From Candidatus Borrarchaeum yapensis (lineage in GTDB: Archaea; Asgardarchaeota; Sifarchaeia; Borrarchaeales; Borrarchaeaceae), in the NCBI GenBank assembly GCA_016840515.1, contig JAEOSF010000001.1:50447-82446 (forward strand): a stretch of DNA of 32,000 nt. Reading direction: 5' to 3'. Under the pieces are notes generated by a model, which was not told the DNA's origin, ran no database searches, and saw nothing but the letters and a program-made list of their open reading frames with translations. This document shows positions 18,261-27,644 of this stretch, piece by piece. Both the position numbers and the translations under genes were made by a program. Within the stretch, counting starts at the first letter, position 1, and every line of letters begins with the position of its first letter.

Positions 18261-19448
18261 TTAGCGATAACTGTCAACTACACCTGCTGAATAGGCAACA
18301 AGTCTTGGCAATTCTAAAACGCGAATGCGTTCTCTGTAAGCCCTCATTCCAATTGAATGATGACACGTAGGGCAAGTCGTGAGAATATATTGTACACCTA
18401 ACTTAGCTGCGTCTTTGACAATTTCATCACTTAGATCGTTTCTTAGTTCAGTGTATGGTACACGGATCGGTCCACCGCAACATCTCGCGTCTCCTTTTGT
18501 TTCTGGTAACTCAACGAACTCAATACCTGGAATACTTTCTATGATCTTCCGAGGAGGGTCGTATTTAAGTGCGTATCTCCCGAGATGGCATGGATCCTTG
18601 AAGGTAACCTTTCCCTCAAGGGGTTTCGTCATTTTTATTTTACCATCATCGATTAAACGTTCAAGCACTTCCGAAATATGATATGCTTTTGGAGTATCCG
18701 GAGAGATTGCTTTATACTCCTCATTGAAGACTGAAGCGCACATCGGACATGCTGTGATTATAGTCTCAATCCCTCGCGATTTAAAGAGTTCGATGTTTTT
18801 CTTAGCAGCTTTCTCAAAATATGGTTTGAATCCTAACCAACTAAGAAATCCTCCGCAACAACTCTCTGAATCGAACATCGTAAACTCTTCTCCAGCGGCT
18901 TTCAAGAGTTTAACTCCCGCACGTGAATTATCGGGATAATCAATAGTCCCTACACAACCAGCGTAATAGAGCGTTGAAGATTCCTTTGGTAAGGTTGCTT
19001 TTATTTCGCCAAAAACCTCGTTGAACACGACAGGATAATCCATTCCATGGGTATTTCCTTTCTCAAGAATGCTGTCAGCAATACCCCTATGCTCTGAAAG
19101 CGTATAATTGTTGTCGGCTAGATATTCACGCACGCGATCCATAACGTCTACCACTTTTATTTTTGCTGGACAGTGTTCCTCACACTTTTTGCACAATGTG
19201 CATGTGTAAAGAATTTCCATTGCATAATCATCAACGGGAAATCCTCCTTCAATGAGAGCTCGCTCTAGCATGATCCTTCCTCGACAGTTGTAACTTTCCA
19301 TCTGTGTAGCATCAAAAATCGGACATGCAAACCTACAAAATCCGCATCGTACGCATCTGTATGTTTCTGTTTCAGCATCAGCGTCAATCCTCATTTTCTT
19401 ATGTTTTGGTTTAAGCATTGTACCCGAAACTACATCTTCTTGTGTCAT
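18261..19448 (-). CDS. Fe-S oxidoreductase, GlcF/HdrD-like (2x 4Fe-4S plus 2 CCG domains)
   Basis: CVRCGFCRFACP, CTLCKKCEEHCP, YYAGCVGTIDYPDN, SESCCGGFL, FKDPCHLGRYAL, RCCGGP. Confidence 0.88.
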   Translation of the reverse strand: MTQEDVVSGTMLKPKHKKMRIDADAETETYRCVRCGFCRFACPIFDATQMESYNCRGRIMLERALIEGGFPVDDYAMEILYTCTLCKKCEEHCPAKIKVVDVMDRVREYLADNNYTLSEHRGIADSILEKGNTHGMDYPVVFNEVFGEIKATLPKESSTLYYAGCVGTIDYPDNSRAGVKLLKAAGEEFTMFDSESCCGGFLSWLGFKPYFEKAAKKNIELFKSRGIETIITACPMCASVFNEEYKAISPDTPKAYHISEVLERLIDDGKIKMTKPLEGKVTFKDPCHLGRYALKYDPPRKIIESIPGIEFVELPETKGDARCCGGPIRVPYTELRNDLSDEIVKDAAKLGVQYILTTCPTCHHSIGMRAYRERIRVLELPRLVAYSAGVVDSYR

Positions 19449-19450
19449 CT

Positions 19451-20869
19451 CTAGTCATCCTCCAAGATGTTAATTCTTTGGCCTGGAATTGGTAATACGT
19501 GACCAGGGCAGAAAATATTTTTAGGATCAAATGCATTCTTGATCTTTTTCTTTAATTCTAACACTTTAGGTTGGTGTTCAACGGGCATCATCATAAGTTT
19601 GGAAACACCAATTCCATGTTCCCCAGTGACCGTCCCTTCTAATTCAACTGCTGCATGCCACAAGTCAACTAATGTTTGTAGGGCGCGCCTATGTTCATCA
19701 GGATCTCGTTCATCCCACAAAAGTATAGGATGAAGATTTCCATCTCCTGCGTGACCGAATGTGGCAATTTCGATCCCATTCTTTTCGCTTACTCTATCAA
19801 TCTCTTGGAACATCGTCGGTAGGTTTTTTAGAGGTACTGATACGTCTTCCATTCGTGCAGTTGGCCGTCGAAGTGTTAGTGCTGGAAATGCAGCCTTTCT
19901 AGCTGCCCAGACTTGTGTACATGTTTCCAGATCTCGTGCTGTTTCGGATTTGATTGCTCCCATCTCTTTGAACAAATCTTCCAGTTTATCTAGCCGCATC
20001 TCAACGTCATCTCTATTCCCATCTAATTCCACAAGGACAACAGCTCCGCATTCGGGGAATTTTAAGGTTCCTGAATATTCTTCTACTGCCTTAAGTGTCT
20101 TGTAATCAAGAATTTCTGTTCCTGAGGGGTCAAATCCTCTTTTAATGATTTCTCTGACGCACTTTCCTGCTTCAAAAGCGGAATTGAAATAGCCACTAGC
20201 CACGAGACGGACTGCTGGCAAAGGTTGAATTTTGAGCATTGCCTTGGTAATAATACCCAGAGTCCCTTCTGATCCTACAAAAAGTGAAACAAGATCGTAG
20301 CCACAAACAAATTTAATTGCTTTATTGCCGATATTAACGACACTCCCATCTGATAGGACGATTTCCAAGCCCATAACCCACTCTTCGGTGACTCCATATT
20401 TAAGTGCACGAATTCCGCCGCTATTATTATTTACCATACCGCCAATTGTAGCTGTTTTGTCCGATGCTGGATCCGGCGGAAAGTAAAATCCATAGGGCTC
20501 TAAGTAGGTATTGAGGTCTAGACACACCATACCAGGCTCAACGGTTATTAGAAAGTTCTCAACATCGAGATCTACAACCTTGTTCATCCTTGCGACCACC
20601 AAAATCAAACAATCAGGCTTTGCAGGGATGACACCCCCGCTAACGTTGCTTCCAGCCCCTCTTGGAATAATTGAGAATCCTTCTTCATTAGCTAGCTTCA
20701 CGATATCTGCGACCTCTTCTGTGGTATTAGCAAAGGCCACGGCTGCTGGCATACCTGTATCAATGCTAGCATCGCGTGAGTAAATATACAGATCGATTGC
20801 ATGATTTAAAACATTGTTTTCTCCAACTATTTTTTTCAGGGCGGGAATGATTGTGCCCTGCCAATCCAA
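19451..20869 (-). CDS. glcD: FAD-linked oxidase, glycolate/D-lactate dehydrogenase GlcD-like
   Basis: FSIIPRGAGSNVSGG, FPPDPAS..ATIGGMVNNNSGG, GSEGTLGIITKA, EHGIGVSK. Confidence 0.9.
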   Translation of the reverse strand: MDWQGTIIPALKKIVGENNVLNHAIDLYIYSRDASIDTGMPAAVAFANTTEEVADIVKLANEEGFSIIPRGAGSNVSGGVIPAKPDCLILVVARMNKVVDLDVENFLITVEPGMVCLDLNTYLEPYGFYFPPDPASDKTATIGGMVNNNSGGIRALKYGVTEEWVMGLEIVLSDGSVVNIGNKAIKFVCGYDLVSLFVGSEGTLGIITKAMLKIQPLPAVRLVASGYFNSAFEAGKCVREIIKRGFDPSGTEILDYKTLKAVEEYSGTLKFPECGAVVLVELDGNRDDVEMRLDKLEDLFKEMGAIKSETARDLETCTQVWAARKAAFPALTLRRPTARMEDVSVPLKNLPTMFQEIDRVSEKNGIEIATFGHAGDGNLHPILLWDERDPDEHRRALQTLVDLWHAAVELEGTVTGEHGIGVSKLMMMPVEHQPKVLELKKKIKNAFDPKNIFCPGHVLPIPGQRINILEDD

Positions 20870-21061
20870 CGTATGTTTTTCTAAATCCGAAAGAGAAATT
20901 TTAAAGCCTCCTTTTCTTAATGATCCCTCTATCTAATTTGGTGTTAACTTTCTGTTTTTATTCTCTTCAAATTAATACAGAGTATTAATCACTGAAAGTT
21001 ATAAATGTTCAATATAACAAAATCTGACTATTTATTGTAGTACGCGCGCAAAAGAGTATAA

Positions 21062-21077
21062 ACAATTTATAAATTGT
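21062..21077. promoter_or_regulatory. Perfect 16-nt palindrome, possible operator in a divergent promoter region
   Basis: ACAATTTATAAATTGT in the intergenic region between divergently transcribed glcD-like and hydroxyacid dehydrogenase genes. Confidence 0.35.
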
Positions 21078-21118
21078 AAGTGATATAAAACTCCTTTACA
21101 AACTTGTGAGGGTTAGTT

Positions 21119-22108
21119 TTGAGTGGAAAACCTAAAGTTTTTGTTTCTCGTATAATCCCAAAGCCAGCTTTAGATATGATCAATGTGGAGTGTAAGATGG
21201 AATTTAATGAAAGTGATATCCCTCTTACACAGGCTGAGTTTATTGAAAAAATGAAAACACTTGACGGGCTTGTTTGCCTACTTACTGACGACATTAATGC
21301 CGAAATCCTAAAATCCGTTAAAGAAGCAAACCCTAATTTTAAAGTAGTCAGCAATGTAGCAGTAGGTTACAACAACATCGACTGGAAGGCAGCCACAGAA
21401 TTAGGTATCGCAGTATCCAATACCCCAGGAGTTCTAGATGACACAACTGCAGATTTTACCTGGGCACTTCTCATGGCAGTTGCTCGACGCGTTGTCGAGG
21501 CAGATAAGTATTTCCGCCAAAAAACGTGGAAAGGATGGGGTATAATGCAGTTTCTTGGTTCTGATGTCTACGGGAAAACACTGGGAGTCGTTGGACTAGG
21601 AAGAATTGGACGAGTGGTAGCTAAAAGGGCTAAGAGTTTTGACATGAAAGTTCTTTATACAGATGTTGTCCGGTTCGAGGATCTGGAAAAAGAATTAGGA
21701 CTCCAATATGTGGATAAAGAGACAATTCTTAAAGAATCAGACTATGTAACTTTGCATGTTCCCTTGATTCCAGAAACTAAACACTATATTGGTGTAAAAG
21801 AACTAGAAATGATGAAAGAAACCGCGTATTTGATTAATGCATCACGAGGTCCCGTTGTAGATGAAAAAGCGCTCGTTAAAGCATTACAGGAGAAAAAGAT
21901 TGCTGGTGCTGGTTTGGATGTCTTTGAAATGGAGCCTAAAGCTGAACCAGAACTTTATGAAATGGATAACGTTGTGTTAGCACCACATATCGCAAGTGCA
22001 TCAATAGAGACTCGTACTAAAATGGCGACCATGGCTGCTGAAAATGTCATTGCTGGCGTTAAGGGACTCAAACCACCAAATTGTGTTAATCCAGAAATTT
22101 ATGGATAA
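21119..22108 (+). CDS. D-2-hydroxyacid dehydrogenase, glyoxylate/hydroxypyruvate reductase-like
   Basis: GKTLGVVGLGRIGRVVAKRAKSFDMKVLYTD, NASRGPVVDEKALVKAL, DVFEMEP; TTG start. Confidence 0.88.
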   Translation: MSGKPKVFVSRIIPKPALDMINVECKMEFNESDIPLTQAEFIEKMKTLDGLVCLLTDDINAEILKSVKEANPNFKVVSNVAVGYNNIDWKAATELGIAVSNTPGVLDDTTADFTWALLMAVARRVVEADKYFRQKTWKGWGIMQFLGSDVYGKTLGVVGLGRIGRVVAKRAKSFDMKVLYTDVVRFEDLEKELGLQYVDKETILKESDYVTLHVPLIPETKHYIGVKELEMMKETAYLINASRGPVVDEKALVKALQEKKIAGAGLDVFEMEPKAEPELYEMDNVVLAPHIASASIETRTKMATMAAENVIAGVKGLKPPNCVNPEIYG

Positions 22109-22144
22109 CCCTCTAAAAAAATAAACAAAATAGGAGAGAAGATT

Positions 22145-23857
22145 ATGCCTAAAATGCAAGTAGCGGAAGTTATAGTAAAAATTCTTGAAGATGAAGGAGT
22201 AACAGCAATGTTTGGTATACCGGGCGCAGCAATAAATCCCGTCTACAAATACCTTGGGCAAACAACAAAAATTAAGCACTATATTGCTCGACATGAAGAA
22301 GGAGCATGCCATGCAGCTGACGGATATGCACGAGCAACTGGAAAAGTTGGCGTCTGTATCTGTACAAGCGGACCTGCAGCGACAAATTTTGTAACAGGTC
22401 TCTATACTGCTCAAGTTGACTCTATCCCAATTGTCGCAATTACTGGGACAGCAACGAGAGCAGTATTGGGTCAAGAGGCGTTTCAAGCGGTTGACATAGC
22501 AGAAATAGTTAAACCAGTGACTAAGAAAAGTTATTGTGTTAGGGAGCCTTATCGCCTCCCAGGTACTATGAGGGAAGCTTTTCGAATCGCTAGAGAAGGA
22601 AGACCCGGACCAGTGCTTATTGATCTCCCCGTTGACCTCCAGAGAACAGAAATTGAATATGATCCAGAAACAGATCGTAGTTTAGACTTTTCGACACCCA
22701 AAGCAAATGAAAAACAAATCAAGAAAGCAATTGATATGATCTTGGAAGCTAAGAATCCAATCATCTTAGCCGGAGGAGGAGTCATTATTTCGGGCGCTTC
22801 CAAAGAACTCCAAGAATTAGCAGAATATTTAAGTTTACCCATCTGTGCTAGTTACATGGGAAAGAGTGCTCTTGACACTAATCATCCATTATACGCGGGA
22901 CTAGTCGGTACCATCATGCAAACAAGACTTGGCAACAAATTATTCTTAGAGAGCGATCTTGTTCTAGCGGTTGGTGCCAGATTTGTTGACCGTCATACGG
23001 GTAAACTAGATGTTTACACGAAAGACAGAAAATTCATCCACATTGACATTGATCCTCTACAAATTGGCAAGATCGTCCCCACAGAGTTAGGAATTGTATC
23101 AGATGCCAAAGTAGCACTACAAATGATGATCGATCAAGCCAAAGCTCGAAATGCAAAAGTAATGCCAAATGAATGGGTATCGTCTATACCTGCCCGACGT
23201 AAAGAGCTTGCGAGAAGATTAGACTTTGATAATGTGCCAATCAAACCTCAAAGACTTTTCAAAGAAATAAATGAATTCTTTGATGATGACACAATTTTTG
23301 TGACGTCAGTCGGACTTAATCAGATTTGGAGCGGTCAATATCAAGAAATAAAGAAACCAGGACATTACAAGGTCTGTGGATGCGCGGGAACGTTGGGTTG
23401 GGATTTACCAGCTTCGATTGGGGCTAAAGTCGGATACGAGGAAATGGGAATGCCTGAAAAGAAGGTCGTAGGCATCACAGGAGATGGCGGATTAGGATTC
23501 ATGGTAGAAGAATTAGCGATGGCGGCCCACTATCAAACTCCAATAGTTATGCTGGTGCTTAACAATGGCTTCTTGAGCTTGATTAGACAAAACCAGAGCA
23601 TCGTTTATGACTATGAATATGCGGTAGATCTTACATACGATACAAATAAGCTTGAAAAACATGGAATAGGAATAGATTTCGTTAAGCTTGCAGAAGCTTT
23701 TGGACTATACGCTGAACGAGTCGAAAAACCTGAAGATCTAAAGGCTGCTTTCCAGAGAGGCCTAGATAACGCCCCAGCGGTATTAGATATTATATGTGAA
23801 CGTGAAACTAATTGTAGTATGGGGTTAGCTCTGGACGCTATAGCTGAAAGAGGATAA
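22145..23857 (+). CDS. gcl: Thiamine-diphosphate enzyme, glyoxylate carboligase (tartronate-semialdehyde synthase)-like
   Basis: FGIPGAAINPVYK, EAFQAVDIAEIVKPVTK, RHTGKLDVYTKDRKFIHIDIDPLQIGK, FDNVPIKPQR, NNGFLSLIRQNQ, CERETNCSMGLALD closely resemble E. coli Gcl signatures. Confidence 0.78.
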   Translation: MPKMQVAEVIVKILEDEGVTAMFGIPGAAINPVYKYLGQTTKIKHYIARHEEGACHAADGYARATGKVGVCICTSGPAATNFVTGLYTAQVDSIPIVAITGTATRAVLGQEAFQAVDIAEIVKPVTKKSYCVREPYRLPGTMREAFRIAREGRPGPVLIDLPVDLQRTEIEYDPETDRSLDFSTPKANEKQIKKAIDMILEAKNPIILAGGGVIISGASKELQELAEYLSLPICASYMGKSALDTNHPLYAGLVGTIMQTRLGNKLFLESDLVLAVGARFVDRHTGKLDVYTKDRKFIHIDIDPLQIGKIVPTELGIVSDAKVALQMMIDQAKARNAKVMPNEWVSSIPARRKELARRLDFDNVPIKPQRLFKEINEFFDDDTIFVTSVGLNQIWSGQYQEIKKPGHYKVCGCAGTLGWDLPASIGAKVGYEEMGMPEKKVVGITGDGGLGFMVEELAMAAHYQTPIVMLVLNNGFLSLIRQNQSIVYDYEYAVDLTYDTNKLEKHGIGIDFVKLAEAFGLYAERVEKPEDLKAAFQRGLDNAPAVLDIICERETNCSMGLALDAIAERG

Positions 23858-23887
23858 GTTAGAAAACCAATAAAAGGCGGTGAAAAA

Positions 23888-24802
23888 ATGAAGAAACACT
23901 GGGATCTTTATATGAAAATCGGTATAGTACATGGAATGGTGTTTCCAGAATGCCTTGCGGGAGAAGGTCCAATACTCGAAACGCTTACTAAGATAGCAGA
24001 AGATGGATTCTTCTCAGCAATTGACTATGGTGGATGCAAAGATCCAGCAATCAAAGGTGATGTAGCAGCACTCTTAAAAGCATCTCGCTTAACCGTCAAC
24101 TTCTCAGCACAACCAGCTCTATTGCTCCCGAAACTTAATTTGAACGCATTAGACGAAGAATTACGAAATCGATCTATACAGGCAATAAAATCATGTATTG
24201 ACGAAGCCTACGAAGTTGGTGCAGAATATTTAACCGTTCTAAGTGGTCCTTATCCAGGTGATGCAGATAGTGAAAAGGGAATGACATTGTTAATCGATTC
24301 CTTAAATCAACTTTGTGAATACGCGAAAAGTAAAGGAAATCTCGCATTAGCTTTAGAGGTCTTTGACCGTGAGATTGATAAAAAATCTTTGATAGGGCCA
24401 TCTGAATCAGCAGTAGAGGTTGCTAAGGCAGTACGTGAGGCAGGATATCCTACTTTTGGCTTAATGCATGATTTAAGTCATCTTCCATTGCTAAATGAAA
24501 CACCTGCCCATGCGTTGTCGACTACGAAGAAGTATTTAACACTTGTGCACTTGGGGAATTGCGTCAAAGACCCAAACAATCCTTTATATGGAGATCAACA
24601 TCCGATCTTCGGTATAGAAGGAGGAGAAAATGACGCAAAAGAGTTGGCAGAATACCTGAATGCTCTTTTTGAAATTGATTACTTAGAAAAAGGTAAACGC
24701 CCATTTGTTAGTTTCGAAGTAAAACCTCATAAAGGTATTACATCAGAGATGGCCATAGCAAATGTAAAACGTACATTAAAAGAGGCTTGGACACAAGTTT
24801 AA
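23888..24802 (+). CDS. Sugar phosphate isomerase/epimerase (TIM barrel), possible hydroxypyruvate isomerase-type enzyme
   Basis: AP-endonuclease-2-like TIM barrel signatures (EVFDREIDKKSLIG, GLMHDLSHLPLL, LVHLGNCVKDP, FVSFEVKPH). Confidence 0.7.
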   Translation: MKKHWDLYMKIGIVHGMVFPECLAGEGPILETLTKIAEDGFFSAIDYGGCKDPAIKGDVAALLKASRLTVNFSAQPALLLPKLNLNALDEELRNRSIQAIKSCIDEAYEVGAEYLTVLSGPYPGDADSEKGMTLLIDSLNQLCEYAKSKGNLALALEVFDREIDKKSLIGPSESAVEVAKAVREAGYPTFGLMHDLSHLPLLNETPAHALSTTKKYLTLVHLGNCVKDPNNPLYGDQHPIFGIEGGENDAKELAEYLNALFEIDYLEKGKRPFVSFEVKPHKGITSEMAIANVKRTLKEAWTQV

Positions 24803-25022
24803 GCCTTCTAATCTCCTTTTTATTTTTTGTCGCGAAAAAACTGTTTTTTCAAAAGATGAACGTGCGCTAAAAAAGCAAAGATATACTAAGGTATTGAAAT
24901 CTTCTTGAATTTGAAAAAACTGCGTTTGAGGGAAAATCTTTATATACAGTATAAGTATAAAGCACACAATATAAATTTCAATTGGTTTTAGGTGAGGTTG
25001 GGATGCTGTACCAAGGAGTTTA

Positions 25023-25072
25023 GGGACAAAGTTTGTCCCACGGATGTTCAGAACGGGAGAAACTTGTCCCGT
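25023..25072. repeat. Two adjacent palindromes sharing a GGGA…TCCC core
   Basis: GGGACAAAGTTTGTCCC (25023-25039) and ACGGGA-GAAACTTG-TCCCGT (25053-25072). Confidence 0.6.
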
Positions 25073-25300
25073 AGGTTTAGAGAGTTTTTTGAATACCAAA
25101 ACGATTAGCCGAGTATCGGCGAAATATGAAAACAACCTCAAGGAAATGAGTAAAGCAAGTGTACACCATAAACTTTGGAACCTTGTTTCACTACTTTTGC
25201 TAGACAACATACATGAGACCATTGTATCAGCATCAACGACAAAAGCTCAGCTTAATCTAGCTGACTTTCCCTATCAAAAGAACAATAGAGGTGAACAAAA

Positions 25301-26392
25301 TTGGCAAAACTTTTAATGATCCCTGGACCGATTAATTTTGATCCAGAAGTGATACGGGCTCTAAGTAAAGTAACTGTGAGTCACGTAGCACCAGAATTTA
25401 TCTCTATCTTTGGAGATACTCTAAGAAAACTAAGAGAGGTCTTCATTTCTGAAGGACAACCCTTTGTTATTGCGGGATCTGGGACGCTAGCTATGGAGAT
25501 GGCAGCAACCAATGTGATTCAAAGAGGAGAAAAAGCATTAGTAGTAAATAATGGGGTGTTCGGCGCGCGATACAGTGATATTTTCAAAGCACACGGAATC
25601 GCTGTTGACGAAATTCAAGTAGAATGGGGAAAGGCAGCAGATCCTACAGAGGTGCGTGAAAAACTTGAAAGTGACGACTATAAAGTCCTTACAGTGACAC
25701 ATGTTGATACATCGACTGGTATTGCGAACGACATCGAAGCCATTGGTAATGTTGTCAAAGATTTTGATACGATATTTATTGTAGACGCAGTATGTTCTCT
25801 TGCAGGACAACGATTGTATCAAGACAAACATCATGTAGATATATGCTTCACAGGTTCACAGAAGGCATTGGGCGTTCCTCCAGGGCTTGCAATACTGAAT
25901 TTCAACCAGAAGGCCTTAGACGCACACGCTAAACTTAAACATCCCGTTGAGTGTTTCTATACGTCCATTGACAACTGGTTGCCCATTATGCAAGCATATG
26001 AGCGCGGTGATCCAAGCTATTTCGGTACACCTGCAGTAAATTTAATCTATGCACTCCATGAAAGTGTAAAGCAAATAGTTAGCGAAGGAATGGAGGCACG
26101 GTTTGCGCGGCACGAAAAATTAGCAGAAATGATGCGCAAAGGTCTTACAGAGATGGACTTTAAACTCGTTCCTGAGGATGGATGGGCTGCAAATACAATG
26201 AGCGCAGTCTATCATAATGGCATTGCAGATGCGGACTTTAGAGGGCAATTATCACAAGAGGGCGTTATCGTGGCAGGCGGTTTGGGCAAACTGAAAGGTA
26301 AAATCTTTCGAATTGGCCATATGGGCTCTATTAATGCAAACGATGTCTCAGCAACACTAAACGCAATTCAACGAACTCTAAAAATGTTTTAA
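25301..26392 (+). CDS. Class V aminotransferase, alanine/serine-glyoxylate aminotransferase family
   Basis: LLMIPGPINFDPEVIRALS, VIAGSGTLAMEMAATN, VDAVCSLAG, CFTGSQKALGVPPGLA (PLP Lys). Confidence 0.87.
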   Translation: MAKLLMIPGPINFDPEVIRALSKVTVSHVAPEFISIFGDTLRKLREVFISEGQPFVIAGSGTLAMEMAATNVIQRGEKALVVNNGVFGARYSDIFKAHGIAVDEIQVEWGKAADPTEVREKLESDDYKVLTVTHVDTSTGIANDIEAIGNVVKDFDTIFIVDAVCSLAGQRLYQDKHHVDICFTGSQKALGVPPGLAILNFNQKALDAHAKLKHPVECFYTSIDNWLPIMQAYERGDPSYFGTPAVNLIYALHESVKQIVSEGMEARFARHEKLAEMMRKGLTEMDFKLVPEDGWAANTMSAVYHNGIADADFRGQLSQEGVIVAGGLGKLKGKIFRIGHMGSINANDVSATLNAIQRTLKMF

Positions 26393-26517
26393 AAAACAAT
26401 TTCTACCTTTTCAATCCTTTTTCTTTATTTTTTCGCAGTCCCTAATTTTTGAGTTAATATTATTGTGACTGACATGGATAAATCTTCGACCTTGAATCAC
26501 GATCGTGAGAACCAAAA

Positions 26518-26874
26518 TTAACTTTGCAGATCTTCACTGGTCAAAGTTGGTTGTTCGAGGGCTGATCGAAGCGATCGAATTGTTCCTGAAGTTTTAAGCA
26601 AACGTATAATGGTGGGTCTATTATCAATACTTGAAACGATTGCCATAGCGGTTTGTACCTTGTCTAAACTTTTTGAAGTGCATCTTAGAATACCATGGCA
26701 AGTCTCAGCGTCAAATTCAATGAGCCAAATACCGCTTTGGCTAGCTTCAACCTCACCGTAAAGTGACAAAATCGATCGTGAAATAGAATTAAAAACAGAA
26801 ATCACCTCTAATGGAGTTTCATCTTCGATTATTATTTCAAAGGCGATATATCTGCTTTTTTCTTCTTTAACCAT
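26518..26874 (-). CDS. rnp2: Ribonuclease P protein component 2 (Pop5/Rpp14)
   Basis: RYIAFEIIIEDET ... YGEVEASQSGIWLIEFDAETCHGILRC, adjacent to Rpp30. Confidence 0.85.
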   Translation of the reverse strand: MVKEEKSRYIAFEIIIEDETPLEVISVFNSISRSILSLYGEVEASQSGIWLIEFDAETCHGILRCTSKSLDKVQTAMAIVSSIDNRPTIIRLLKTSGTIRSLRSALEQPTLTSEDLQS

Positions 26875-26877
26875 TAC

Positions 26878-27606
26878 TTAGTCCTTCTCTTCATCGATTG
26901 TTCGAACACCCGGCATTATGATTTTCCCATTTTTCTCAAGGATGCGTCGTTCTATCAACTTGAAAGGGTTTTCTAAAAGACTTTGTTTTGCTAAGCCATG
27001 AGGCAAACCAACAAGTTTTGCTAATAGTAACATTTCTCGTGAACCTCTTAGTTCATATTTGCTAAGTGCACCAGTTCCAATTACGAACATAACATCGTTT
27101 CGAAGTGCAACAGAGAGTATTTTTCTCCAAATCCGCAAGAGTTTTGCCCTAACCTTACCATAATATCTTATAAAAGGGATCAAAGTAATTTCTAATGCGA
27201 TTTCATTTTTTGAGCAATTACGAGCAACTATTTCTGTAAACACGGGCGCCTTTACGGTGGGAGGAAGTGTTAAAATGTCTACAAATCTATTAGTCGATGC
27301 GAATCTGCATACATTTTCTGAAGAACACTCAACGGCGACCAAATCTACTTTCCTTCTAACATAATTAAGTTTGTGTGATAATTCTCGTGGGGTTTTTGGA
27401 GAAATATCTGCTCGTGCATAAACATTTGGAGTAAAATCTTTACATTCTTGGAGAAGAGTTTCAACCTGAGAAGGATCAATAGCACCGAAATCTGATATAC
27501 ATATATTTTGGTGTCCCAGACGATGCGCCATCTCAATCATTTCTGATAAAGTAGATGTACCACCAGAATGAGTTGAATGAACATGAACATCGTAACTCCC
27601 CTTCAT
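26878..27606 (-). CDS. rnp3: Ribonuclease P protein component 3 (Rpp30)
   Basis: YDVHVHSTHSGGT..., LVAVECSSENVCRFAS, VDILTLP, IEITLIPF, VIGTGALSKYELRG. Confidence 0.87.
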   Translation of the reverse strand: MKGSYDVHVHSTHSGGTSTLSEMIEMAHRLGHQNICISDFGAIDPSQVETLLQECKDFTPNVYARADISPKTPRELSHKLNYVRRKVDLVAVECSSENVCRFASTNRFVDILTLPPTVKAPVFTEIVARNCSKNEIALEITLIPFIRYYGKVRAKLLRIWRKILSVALRNDVMFVIGTGALSKYELRGSREMLLLAKLVGLPHGLAKQSLLENPFKLIERRILEKNGKIIMPGVRTIDEEKD

Positions 27607-27644
27607 CCCATCTCACCATAATAAACAGTCAATTATCACTCCTC

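Noticed and set aside
12590-20869. Calling this a methanogenesis or alkane-oxidation locus
   Set aside because: No mcr, mtr or hydrogenase catalytic genes in the window. HdrABC-MvhD alone is widespread in non-methanogens.
24776-25222. 148-aa minus-strand ORF
   Set aside because: Low-complexity Leu/Phe/Ser-rich translation, antisense to a promoter-like and hairpin-rich region; no family motif. Likely spurious.
25044-25316. 90-aa plus-strand ORF
   Set aside because: Overlaps the aminotransferase start, begins inside the palindrome pair, and no motif is recognised. Cannot be supported as a gene, though it is not excluded.
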